Under the pieces are notes generated by a model. The model made no database searches. It was not told where the DNA came from and saw only the letters and a list, made by a program, of their open reading frames with translations. This document shows, in pieces, positions 19,740 to 28,513 of a DNA stretch of 58,779 bases. A program made the translations under genes and the position numbers. The number at the start of each line of letters is the position of its first letter. Within the stretch, counting starts at the first letter, position 1. The stretch covers positions 1 through 58,779 of the forward strand of contig JAVXGI010000005.1 in assembly GCA_036657515.1 (NCBI GenBank). Direction: 5' to 3'. This stretch comes from Bacilli bacterium. GTDB taxonomy: Bacteria > Bacillota_I > Bacilli_A > RFN20 > CAG-826.

Positions 19740-21104
19740 TTATTTAGATAACCTTGATTTAATCTCTTTTATTGCCATTTTCATGAGGTCATCTGTTTTC
19801 AACATATTTTCCACTTTACTGACAGCACTTATCACAGTGCTGTGATCTTTTCCGCCGAAGGTGGCACCGATTTTTACAAACGGAACATCTAATTCGGTTC
19901 TAATTAAATACATAGTAATATGTCGAGCCAGTGTAATTTGTTTAATATGACTTTTACCAAGAACTTGAGATGGCGTGAGATTATAATAATCAGAAACGAT
20001 ATTAATTATCTTTTTTTCTGATATTTCTTCATTAGCATCTTTTAATCCTAATAATTCTTGGACAGCTTCAATTGTTAATTCAAGTGTAATATGGTCGGTT
20101 GGTTTAAAATTAATTGTGTAATTTAACAACTTAAGGAACGCTCCTTCAAGTGATCTAATAGAAGAAGAACACTTATCTGCTAAAAACTCTAGACATTCAT
20201 GGTCGAAATTAGCAATATTTAATCCAGATCTTACAATCTGTCCTTCTAATATCTTAATACAGGTATCTTTTTCAGGTTTTCCAATACGAGTTAGTAAACC
20301 TTGAGAAAAACGTGTGACTAGACGTTGTTCTAGTCCTTTTAAATCTTGAGGTAAACGGTCACACGTAATAACAATTTGTTTATCAGCATTAATAAAGTAG
20401 TTAAAAATAGCAAAAAAGAACTCTTCTGTCTTCTTTTTATCTGCTAAAAATTGAATATCATCAATTAATAAGACATCAGCACTTTTAATATAGTCTTTTA
20501 ATGCTTCAACATCTTGCTCTCCACGAGTTGATTTAATGTATTCTTCAACAAATTGATCAGTTGAAAAAACAAGTACATTTTTACGTGGTGAATTCTCTTT
20601 TATGTAGTTGCCAACACTATGTAATAAGTGGGTTTTTCCAAGGCCTGAATCACTATAAATAAATAGTGGATTATACATAATTCCAGGATTCGAGGCGACG
20701 ATCAGAGAAGCTTGTTGAGCTTCTCTGTTGGATAAACCAACGACGAAATTATCAAAGGTAAAACGTGGGTTAAGACGCGAATCTTTAAAGAATTTTGATT
20801 CGGTATCAACTAGTAATTTTAGCGTAGAATTGCTCTTTATATCTTCAGTTGCAACGAATTTTATTTTATAATTTGTTTGGGTAATTTTAATAACAGCGGC
20901 ATCAATTAAATCTTTATATTTAGTTGATAGTAAATTAATGGCCACTTTGCTAGATGCGACAACAAAAATTGTATCTTGAGTCAAATTATATATATAAGAA
21001 TCCTTAAAAAAAGAATCATATATATGACTATTATTGATTTCATCAGAGATCTCAGCGAGAACTCTGTTCCAGATATTTGTAATCTCACTTAAACTTACTT
21101 TCAT
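19740..21104 (-). CDS. dnaA: Chromosomal replication initiator
   Basis: FTFDNFV, YNPLFIY, GLGKTHLL, IDDIQF, GGKDHSTV; likely start ATG 21104. Confidence 0.98.
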   Translation of the reverse strand: MKVSLSEITNIWNRVLAEISDEINNSHIYDSFFKDSYIYNLTQDTIFVVASSKVAINLLSTKYKDLIDAAVIKITQTNYKIKFVATEDIKSNSTLKLLVDTESKFFKDSRLNPRFTFDNFVVGLSNREAQQASLIVASNPGIMYNPLFIYSDSGLGKTHLLHSVGNYIKENSPRKNVLVFSTDQFVEEYIKSTRGEQDVEALKDYIKSADVLLIDDIQFLADKKKTEEFFFAIFNYFINADKQIVITCDRLPQDLKGLEQRLVTRFSQGLLTRIGKPEKDTCIKILEGQIVRSGLNIANFDHECLEFLADKCSSSIRSLEGAFLKLLNYTINFKPTDHITLELTIEAVQELLGLKDANEEISEKKIINIVSDYYNLTPSQVLGKSHIKQITLARHITMYLIRTELDVPFVKIGATFGGKDHSTVISAVSKVENMLKTDDLMKMAIKEIKSRLSK

Positions 21105-21122
21105 ATTCTTTAAAATGATAAC

Positions 21123-21338
21123 ATACCCACATATGAAAAACACTAAAAAAGTGAAAATATTTAACTTTCCACATTTTAATGTTAAATTTGATTGATAAAC
21201 ACGCGTTTACCAACAATTAACATACATCCACTGTGGAAAACTATTATAAACAAATGACTATTTTTATAAAATGTGGAAAGTGTGGAAAACTAATAAATGT
21301 GCGTATATAATGGAATTATAGAATATTAATTTCCCACA
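21123..21338. promoter_or_regulatory. oriC upstream DnaA-box cluster (dnaA-rpmH intergenic)
   Basis: Near-consensus boxes at 21123, 21165, 21207, 21232 (TGTGGAAAA), 21244, 21272, 21281 (TGTGGAAAA) and 21330; gene orientation switches here. Confidence 0.85.
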
Positions 21339-21439
21339 ATTATAGTGTGTAAAGAAAAAAGATGTTGAAAGATAGTAGTTATATAGTAGAGATTTAGTGG
21401 TATACTTTTACTAGGACAAACAAATAATAATTTAAAAAA

Positions 21440-21468
21440 TTGAATATTATATATATTTCATATATAAT
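21440..21468 (+). promoter_or_regulatory. SigA promoter of rpmH
   Basis: TTGAAT-17bp-TATAAT. Confidence 0.7.
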
Positions 21469-21500
21469 TATAACGTTTAAACTTATTTAAGGAGAAAATT

Positions 21501-21635
21501 ATGAGAAGAACATATCAACCAAGTAAATTACAACACGCACGTGTTAACGGATTCAGAGCAAGAATGTCAACTCCATCTGGAAGAAAGATTATTGCATCAA
21601 GACGTGCAAAAGGCAGAGCTAGATTAGCTGCTTAA
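21501..21635 (+). CDS. rpmH: 50S ribosomal protein L34 (absent from ORF track)
   Basis: Hand translation [44 protein letters not shown]; SD AAGGAG. Confidence 0.97.
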   Translation: MRRTYQPSKLQHARVNGFRARMSTPSGRKIIASRRAKGRARLAA

Positions 21636-21651
21636 TTTTAAAGCATTTAAA

Positions 21652-21999
21652 ATGGATCTAAAAAGTAGAATCAAAAGAACGCAAGAATTTAAAGAAATTG
21701 TTGAAAATAGAAGATTTGTGAGAACAAATTCCTCTATTGTTTATTACAAAAATCAAAAACTCGATGCACCAAGATTTGGAATCTCTGTTTCTAAGAAAGT
21801 TGGAAATGCCGTAATACGCAACAAAACTAAAAGAAGATACAGAGCAATTATTAATAGTATAAAATCAGAAGGTATAAAATTTGACTTTATTGTTATCGCT
21901 AAACCACTGATAAATAATTTGACCTATAAAGATATTGAAAATGATGTAATTGGTGCAATCGACAAGATTAGGGAGAAAATAAATGAACAGAAAGCTTAA
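21652..21999 (+). CDS. rnpA: Ribonuclease P protein component
   Basis: RFGISVSKKVGNAVIRNKTKRR; synteny. Confidence 0.96.
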   Translation: MDLKSRIKRTQEFKEIVENRRFVRTNSSIVYYKNQKLDAPRFGISVSKKVGNAVIRNKTKRRYRAIINSIKSEGIKFDFIVIAKPLINNLTYKDIENDVIGAIDKIREKINEQKA

Positions 22000-23485
22000 A
22001 ACTGCTCTTATATTTGGAGGACTACTTGTTGGTGCTGGCGTTTTATCAAGCTGCACAGCTAGTTTCTGTTCAAATGAAGATACCTCAAGAATTCTTTACG
22101 TCCTTGATAAGGGTGTAACACGTTATTATTCTGGGGCAGAAGTTGCAGAAAAAAAGTTAAAAGATACGGTTAAGTTAGAAGGTTACGATGATGTTTATAC
22201 ATTACGTAGTTTTGAAAACTCACCAAAAATAAAAGCAGTTATTAAAACTGCTTCTTCACAACAGACTAATTACTTTATTCCTTCATTGGATTATTTTTCA
22301 GCATTTGATGATGTTGTTTTAGAATACGCAATTAAGAATTCTGGAAAAACAACAACAAAAGATACAACTGCTGCAGACATTAAGGGAATTTTAAAAGAAA
22401 ATGGCTATGTTAAATTTTTAGGAAAGAATGAAAAAAGCGAAGATACATTATTTGTAAACTACGCTAAGATTAATAAAGTTTTAGAAGAAAGAATAGCTGG
22501 AGAAACCAAACCACCATTTAATGTACCTGGTATTGACTTTATCAACTTATATAAAAATACCATGAATCAAGCAGTTGCTGCTTATAGATCATGTGTTACT
22601 ACGGTTGATGGAGAATATGGAAACTATGGTGAAGATGGAGAACAAATATTCATTGGAGCAAAAAGTTGGGGTTATGCATGGAGCAAAGGATTCCTTGAAG
22701 GACTTCTAGTTTATCCAATTGCTTATATGACCGACTTCTTCGCAATGTCATTTGCGGGCGGAACAACTGCAGGACTTGCAGCTGGTTGGCCACAACTCCT
22801 TGCAATTGTTCTTACAACATTTATTGTAAAAGTAATAATTATGTTATGTACGCTTAAATCAACTCTTGGACAAGGCAAGATGCAAGCAGTACAACCACAA
22901 ATTGCCAAATTACAACAAAAATATCCTAACGCTAATACAAATCAATATGAAAAGAATAGATTATCTCAGGAAACGATGGCGCTTTATAAAAAGAATCATA
23001 TATCTCCATGGGGACAAATGATTGTAATGGTAATTCAATTTCCAGTCTTTATATGTGTCTGGGGCGCACTTAGTGGCTCAGCTGCATTATCGACAGGTTC
23101 GTTCCTTGATCTTAACTTAAGTTCAACAGTCTTAACTGCACTTCAACAAACTCAATCTTTACCAGGAAATGGTATGGGTTGGTGGACAGCATTAGGTTTA
23201 TTTATCGTAATGTCAGTTGCTCAATTCCTTGCTACTAAAATACCAACTTGGTTAAGTGCAAGAAAAATGAAGAATGTAACTAAATTAAATAGTAGTGCAA
23301 CAGCATCTAGTTCAGCAAGTATGATGAAATATATGCCATATATTATGTTGGTAGTAATCATAGTAATGGGTCTAACACTACCTTCTGCCATGGGTGTTTA
23401 TTGGTTAGTTAGTGCTTTCCTTGCTATCTTACAATCTGTTGCTGTCTACTTTATTAATAATCGTAAGAAGAAAGGGAGCAAATAA
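21983..23485 (+). CDS. yidC: Membrane protein insertase YidC, lipoprotein with large N-terminal domain
   Basis: Lipobox LSSC; QPQIAKLQQKY, IQFPVF, LPSAMGVYW; synteny. Confidence 0.93.
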   Translation: MNRKLKTALIFGGLLVGAGVLSSCTASFCSNEDTSRILYVLDKGVTRYYSGAEVAEKKLKDTVKLEGYDDVYTLRSFENSPKIKAVIKTASSQQTNYFIPSLDYFSAFDDVVLEYAIKNSGKTTTKDTTAADIKGILKENGYVKFLGKNEKSEDTLFVNYAKINKVLEERIAGETKPPFNVPGIDFINLYKNTMNQAVAAYRSCVTTVDGEYGNYGEDGEQIFIGAKSWGYAWSKGFLEGLLVYPIAYMTDFFAMSFAGGTTAGLAAGWPQLLAIVLTTFIVKVIIMLCTLKSTLGQGKMQAVQPQIAKLQQKYPNANTNQYEKNRLSQETMALYKKNHISPWGQMIVMVIQFPVFICVWGALSGSAALSTGSFLDLNLSSTVLTALQQTQSLPGNGMGWWTALGLFIVMSVAQFLATKIPTWLSARKMKNVTKLNSSATASSSASMMKYMPYIMLVVIIVMGLTLPSAMGVYWLVSAFLAILQSVAVYFINNRKKKGSK

Positions 23486-23486
23486 T

Positions 23487-24086
23487 ATGAAAGAATATAC
23501 CGCTAAAACACTAGAAGAAGCTATTGCAAATGCTGCTATTGATCAAAAAGTAGCAATTGAAGATTTAGTTTATACAGTTAGAGAAGAAAAGAAATCATTT
23601 TTTAAAAAAGTTGCTACAATTGAAATATATGAAGTTGCTGATGCAGTTGCATTTGCTGAAACCTATATTAAAAATTCATTAGCAAGTTTAGGTATTAAAG
23701 CTGAAACTAAATCAATTATTAAAACAGAAGTAGTTACTATTTCAATTAACTCTGATAACAATCCTATATTAATAGGAAAGAATGGTAAAACATTACAAGC
23801 TTTAACTGAACTTACAAGATTAGCAATCTATGCTAAATTTAAGAAAAGATATAAGTTATTACTTGATATTAATAACTATAAATATTCTAAATATAAAAAG
23901 ATCACCTTTATTGCTCGTAAAATAGCAAAAGAAGTTCTTCAAACAAAGCAATCTGTTCGTCTTGATCCAATGACAAGTGATGAAAGAAGAATTATCCACA
24001 ACGCCCTTGTTTCCTTTGAACACATCTCAACTGAATCAGTTGGTGAAGGAAAAACTAGAGCTATTGAAATTAAATACGTCGATTAA
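23487..24086 (+). CDS. jag: RNA-binding protein Jag/KhpB (KH and R3H domains)
   Basis: LIGKNGKTLQAL, PMTSDERRIIH; start at ATG 23487 after GGGAG. Confidence 0.94.
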   Translation: MKEYTAKTLEEAIANAAIDQKVAIEDLVYTVREEKKSFFKKVATIEIYEVADAVAFAETYIKNSLASLGIKAETKSIIKTEVVTISINSDNNPILIGKNGKTLQALTELTRLAIYAKFKKRYKLLLDINNYKYSKYKKITFIARKIAKEVLQTKQSVRLDPMTSDERRIIHNALVSFEHISTESVGEGKTRAIEIKYVD

Positions 24087-24092
24087 TTAATT

Positions 24093-24115
24093 AGGCCTCA
24101 CATTGTGAGGCCTTT
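24093..24115 (+). terminator. Hairpin/terminator after jag
   Basis: AGGCCTCACA-T-TGTGAGGCCT with a short U tail. Confidence 0.6.
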
Positions 24116-24132
24116 AATATTATAATATATAT

Positions 24133-25455
24133 ATGTTTAACACTATTGTTGCCTTAGCAACTTCTCCTTTAAAATCTGCCCTTGCTATCATTAGATTATC
24201 TGGTGATGATTGTTTTGATATTGTCGAAAAAATATTTTCTCGTAAAATAAAAGATGTTACTTCAAAAGAAATATTTTTTGGACAAATAAGAGATGAAGAG
24301 GAAATAATTGACGACGTCGTAGCTTTAGTTTACGCCGCTCCTCATGGCTTTACTGGAGAAAACTCTGTTGAAATAATATGTCATGGCTCTCCTATAATTG
24401 AGGAACAAATTATCGGATTATGTATTAGGAGCGGCGCAACCTACGCTACTGGCGGAGAATTTTCTTCACGTGCTTATCTTAATAATAAAATGGGATTACT
24501 AGAAGCAGAAGCAATAAACGACGTAATAAACGCAACTACTGCAGAAGCAAAAAAACTTGCAATGTACAGTATGCATGGTAAAACTCGTGAATTAATCGAA
24601 CCATTAAAAGTAAAAATTGCTGATATCTTATCCCTTATTGAAGTAAACATAGACTATCCTGAATATAACGATATTGAAATTGCTACTAAAGAAAAGATCG
24701 AAAAAGATATCAGCGCCATTTTATTATTGTTAGATGAAACAATAAAAAATGGATATAAAGGAAAGATAATAAAAGATGGAATTAGTGTTGCAATTGTTGG
24801 TAAACCTAATGCAGGAAAATCATCTCTTTTAAATGCGTTACTAAATGAAAAGAAAGCAATTGTTACCTCTATTCCTGGTACAACTCGTGATATTGTAGAA
24901 GGAAGTATATCTTTAAATGGAGTAGCTATTAATTTAAAAGATACAGCAGGAATTAGAACTTCTTTAGATGAAATAGAACAAGAAGGTATTAGAAAATCAT
25001 TGTTTGCTTTACAAGACGCAGATTTAATATTATATGTTGTTGATTCAACAGACGATGCTGAAGATAAAGAAATATTAGAACATATTAAAAATAGAAACTA
25101 TATTAAAATATATAATAAGATTGATCTTAAACCTAGTGAAAAACAGGACGGCATTCTTTTAAGTACTCTTTCTAATAATCTTAATTCACTTAAAGATGCT
25201 ATTTTAAAAAAGCTAAATTTAAGAGAAGAAAACTATCTTAATCCAAGTGTAAATAACGTTCGTGAATTAGGATTATTAGAAAAAATAAGAATAGAACTTA
25301 AAGAATGCATTAAAGAAAATAGAGAGAATATTTCTTTAGATTTAGTGGCAATAAGTTTGACCAATGCATATAATGATGTGCTAGAAATATTAGGAGAAAC
25401 CAATACGACAGATTTTTCAAAAGAAATATTCTCTCGTTTTTGTGTCGGAAAATAA
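24133..25455 (+). CDS. mnmE: tRNA modification GTPase MnmE
   Basis: FTGE, GKPNAGKSS, PGTTRD, DTAG, NKID, C-terminal FCVGK. Confidence 0.97.
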   Translation: MFNTIVALATSPLKSALAIIRLSGDDCFDIVEKIFSRKIKDVTSKEIFFGQIRDEEEIIDDVVALVYAAPHGFTGENSVEIICHGSPIIEEQIIGLCIRSGATYATGGEFSSRAYLNNKMGLLEAEAINDVINATTAEAKKLAMYSMHGKTRELIEPLKVKIADILSLIEVNIDYPEYNDIEIATKEKIEKDISAILLLLDETIKNGYKGKIIKDGISVAIVGKPNAGKSSLLNALLNEKKAIVTSIPGTTRDIVEGSISLNGVAINLKDTAGIRTSLDEIEQEGIRKSLFALQDADLILYVVDSTDDAEDKEILEHIKNRNYIKIYNKIDLKPSEKQDGILLSTLSNNLNSLKDAILKKLNLREENYLNPSVNNVRELGLLEKIRIELKECIKENRENISLDLVAISLTNAYNDVLEILGETNTTDFSKEIFSRFCVGK

Positions 25456-25456
25456 T

Positions 25457-26239
25457 ATGTTTGATTCACACACTCATATTTTAGATCCTAAATTTGTAGG
25501 ATACGAAGAAGAATATATTAGAAATGCCGAGAAGGTTGGAGTAAATGGATTTATGTGTATTGGCTTAAATAATGCTAATACATTAGAATGCATCAATCTT
25601 GCAAAGAAGCATTCTAATGTATTTGTTTCAGCTGGATATTTTCCACTTGACGTTAATGAATTAGAGGATGCTGAAACACTAAGCTTATTTAATAAGATTG
25701 TTGAAGAAAATAAAGATTATGTTAAAGCAATTGGTGAAACAGGATTAGATTTTTATTATGAAAAAGATGAATCTAAACGTAATCAACAAAAGAAATGGTT
25801 TATATATTCTATTGAGCTTGCAAATAAAAATCATTTACCAGTAATGGTACATATGCGTAATGCTACTCAAGAAACTTATAATATATTACAAGAACATACT
25901 CCACTTTATGGAACAATATTACATTGTTATAATGGCTCAGTAGAAATGACTAAATTATTTATTAAATTAGGTTGTTATTTTTCAATTGGTGGAATTATTA
26001 CCTTTAATAATATCGGTGATTTAATTGAATCAATTAAAATAATTCCACTTGAAAAATTACTTTTAGAAACTGATGCTCCATATCTATCTCCTGCTCCATA
26101 TAGAGGAAAAAGAAATGAAAGTTCTTATATGATTGAAGTGTTAAAAAAAGTAAGTGAAATACATGAAATATCAGTTGATTTATTAGATAAAATCACCACG
26201 CATAATTCAAGTGTAGTTTTTCACGTGAAATATGAGTAA
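25457..26239 (+). CDS. tatD: TatD family hydrolase
   Basis: DSHTH, IGETGLD, HCY, ETDAPYL; start at ATG 25457. Confidence 0.93.
   Translation: MFDSHTHILDPKFVGYEEEYIRNAEKVGVNGFMCIGLNNANTLECINLAKKHSNVFVSAGYFPLDVNELEDAETLSLFNKIVEENKDYVKAIGETGLDFYYEKDESKRNQQKKWFIYSIELANKNHLPVMVHMRNATQETYNILQEHTPLYGTILHCYNGSVEMTKLFIKLGCYFSIGGIITFNNIGDLIESIKIIPLEKLLLETDAPYLSPAPYRGKRNESSYMIEVLKKVSEIHEISVDLLDKITTHNSSVVFHVKYE
26217..26232. promoter_or_regulatory. parS-like centromere site
   Basis: TTTTTCACGTGAAATA, 14/16 match to TGTTTCACGTGAAACA, about 5 kb from oriC. Confidence 0.6.
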
Positions 26240-26777
26240 ATATGTGATAAATGCAGTGTTAATTGTTGAAGGTACAAGTGATGTTAATTACTTATCTTCA
26301 TTTATTGATGCCGAGTTTATAATTACTAACGGTTCAGAGATTTCGCAAAAGACAATTAATACGATAAAAGTTTTAAGCCAGAACCACGATATCATCGTAT
26401 TTACAGACCCTGATGGGCCTGGAAAAAGAATAAGAGATATTATCACGCAAAACATCCCTCAAGCAAAGCATGCTTTTGTTAAAAAAGAGTTATCAATTAA
26501 AGGGAAAAAAGTTGGGATTGCAGAATGTCAAAAGAGTGAGGTTTTGCGTGCCTTAAATGAAATCAAAACCTTCGATTTTTCACCTAAAAATGGTACAATA
26601 ACACTGCAAAACATGTACCAATTTGATTTAACTGGAAGCGATGCTAAAAGAAGAAGAAATTACGTAAGTATGAAGCTTGGAATCGATGAAGTTAATGTAA
26701 AGACGTTATGTAAAAGACTAAACCAATTAAACGTTTCTTTAGAAGAATTAGCAACTATTATGGAAGGATATAAATAG
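26232..26777 (+). CDS. rnmV: Ribonuclease M5
   Basis: TOPRIM IVEG...FTDPDGPG; located between tatD and rsmA. Confidence 0.92.
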   Translation: MSKYVINAVLIVEGTSDVNYLSSFIDAEFIITNGSEISQKTINTIKVLSQNHDIIVFTDPDGPGKRIRDIITQNIPQAKHAFVKKELSIKGKKVGIAECQKSEVLRALNEIKTFDFSPKNGTITLQNMYQFDLTGSDAKRRRNYVSMKLGIDEVNVKTLCKRLNQLNVSLEELATIMEGYK

Positions 26778-26779
26778 AA

Positions 26780-27538
26780 ATGGAACACAAAGCACAAAAG
26801 CAATACGGACAAAATTTTCTTGTTAATGAAGATATATGTAGAATCATTTCTTCATATCTTTCAAATGAGGTAAATAATGTTCTTGAAGTAGGGCCAGGAC
26901 TTGGAGCACTAACTAAATATCTTGCTAAGAAATACACTACTTTAACAGGAGTAGAAATAGATAGAAACTTATATGCTAAATTAGTAATTGAGTATCCTAA
27001 TGTTAAATTTATAAATGATAATATTAAAAAAATAGATATTAGTAGTTATGATTTAATAGTAGGAAATATTCCTTATAATATAACAACAGAACTAATATTA
27101 AAATGTATTAAAGAAGGAACAACTGCACAAGAAATAGTATTTATGGTTCAAGAAGAAGCTTATAAACGAATTGTAATAGCAAAAGATAAAACTGAACATA
27201 CTCCGCTTTCTACTTTAATAAATATGTACTTTAATCAATCGCTATTATTACGTGTAAATAGAAGTGAATTTAATCCAAGACCACATGTTGATTCCGTTGT
27301 CTTTAAATTAGAAAAGAAAAAAGAAGATCTAAAATATAGTCCTGCAGAAATTTATTCTTTCTTGTTAATTCTTTATTCTTCACGTCGTAAAAACATATTA
27401 AATAACTTAATTAAAAAATTTAATAAGGATAAATTAAAAGAAATTTTATTAAAATTAAATGTTCCTGAAAACTTACGTGCAGAAGACTTAACTAATCTAC
27501 AAATTGTTTCGCTTTATAGCGAGTTAGTATTAAAATAA
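26780..27538 (+). CDS. rsmA: 16S rRNA dimethyltransferase
   Basis: GQNFL, EVGPGLG, NIPYNIT, PRPHVDS. Confidence 0.96.
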   Translation: MEHKAQKQYGQNFLVNEDICRIISSYLSNEVNNVLEVGPGLGALTKYLAKKYTTLTGVEIDRNLYAKLVIEYPNVKFINDNIKKIDISSYDLIVGNIPYNITTELILKCIKEGTTAQEIVFMVQEEAYKRIVIAKDKTEHTPLSTLINMYFNQSLLLRVNRSEFNPRPHVDSVVFKLEKKKEDLKYSPAEIYSFLLILYSSRRKNILNNLIKKFNKDKLKEILLKLNVPENLRAEDLTNLQIVSLYSELVLK

Positions 27539-27555
27539 ATGAGAGGTATTAAAAT

Positions 27556-28407
27556 ATGATGTTACAAGCCTATGCAAAAATAAATTTAGTTATAAATATC
27601 ACCGGAAAAAGAGATGATGGTTATCATAATCTAGAAATGGTCATGTTACCAGTTACACTTCATGATTCTATCGATATTGCTCGCCGTAAAGATGGTGGTG
27701 AAGAAACATATGTTACATGTGATTATTTTGAATTATATGATTGTAAATACAATTTAGTTCAAAGAGCTGTAAAAATTCTTAAAGATGAATTTGATTTTAA
27801 AGATGGTTTTAGAATTACTATTTATAAACGTATTCCAGTTTCAGCCGGATTAGGTGGTGGCTCTGCTGATGCTGCTGCGGTAATGTTAGGAATTATAAAA
27901 ATGCTTAAATTACAAATTACTGATGAACGTTTAATGGAATTAGGAAAGAAAGTAGGATCAGATGTTCCTTTCTGTTTATTCAATAAGCCTGCAAAAGTCG
28001 AAGGGATTGGTGAAAAGTTAACATTTATTGATTCTAAATTATCAGGATTAAATGTCTTAATTGCTAAACCAAAATCAGGTTTATCAACTGAAACTGTCTA
28101 TAAAACTAGTGATAATTTTATTCTTCCAACATTTAATACTGATAAAGTAATAGATGCTATTGCTAACTTTGATCTTGAAGAATTAAAAGCTAATATTGGA
28201 AACGCTCTTGAAATACCAGCCTTCTCAATTAATAAAGAATCAGAAGAATTAAAAGCTAAAATCATTGAAGCAGGATTTCCTTTCACCTCAATGAGTGGGT
28301 CAGGATCAAGTATCTTTACTATTTCTTCTAACAAAAAAGCTCTCGTAAAATTTATGGAGCAATTAGCAAAAGAAAACTATTCAGTTGAAATTTGCAAAAT
28401 TAAATAA
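27556..28407 (+). CDS. ispE: CDP-ME kinase (MEP pathway)
   Basis: AKINL, DGYH, PVSAGLGGGSADAA, GSDVPF, MSGSGS. Confidence 0.96.
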   Translation: MMLQAYAKINLVINITGKRDDGYHNLEMVMLPVTLHDSIDIARRKDGGEETYVTCDYFELYDCKYNLVQRAVKILKDEFDFKDGFRITIYKRIPVSAGLGGGSADAAAVMLGIIKMLKLQITDERLMELGKKVGSDVPFCLFNKPAKVEGIGEKLTFIDSKLSGLNVLIAKPKSGLSTETVYKTSDNFILPTFNTDKVIDAIANFDLEELKANIGNALEIPAFSINKESEELKAKIIEAGFPFTSMSGSGSSIFTISSNKKALVKFMEQLAKENYSVEICKIK

Positions 28408-28412
28408 TAAGT

Positions 28413-28490
28413 AAAAAAAGATCAGCAATGATCTTTTTTTGTTGGCGTAAAAAAAAGAAAGCCACTTAGAACTATTTATTCTAAGTGGCT
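28413..28490. terminator. Two terminators between convergent ispE and ppdK
   Basis: AAAAAAAGATCA-GCAA-TGATCTTTTTTT (28413-28440) and AGCCACTTAGAA-7nt-TTCTAAGTGGCT (28460-28490). Confidence 0.8.
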
Positions 28491-28513
28491 AATTTTATTA
28501 ATAAGTTTTAGAC

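Noticed and set aside
28460-28490. CTTAGAA/TTCTAAG core shared with the 34123-34151 hairpin, suggesting a repeat family
   Set aside because: Only 7 bp are shared in AT-rich terminators, which is insufficient evidence
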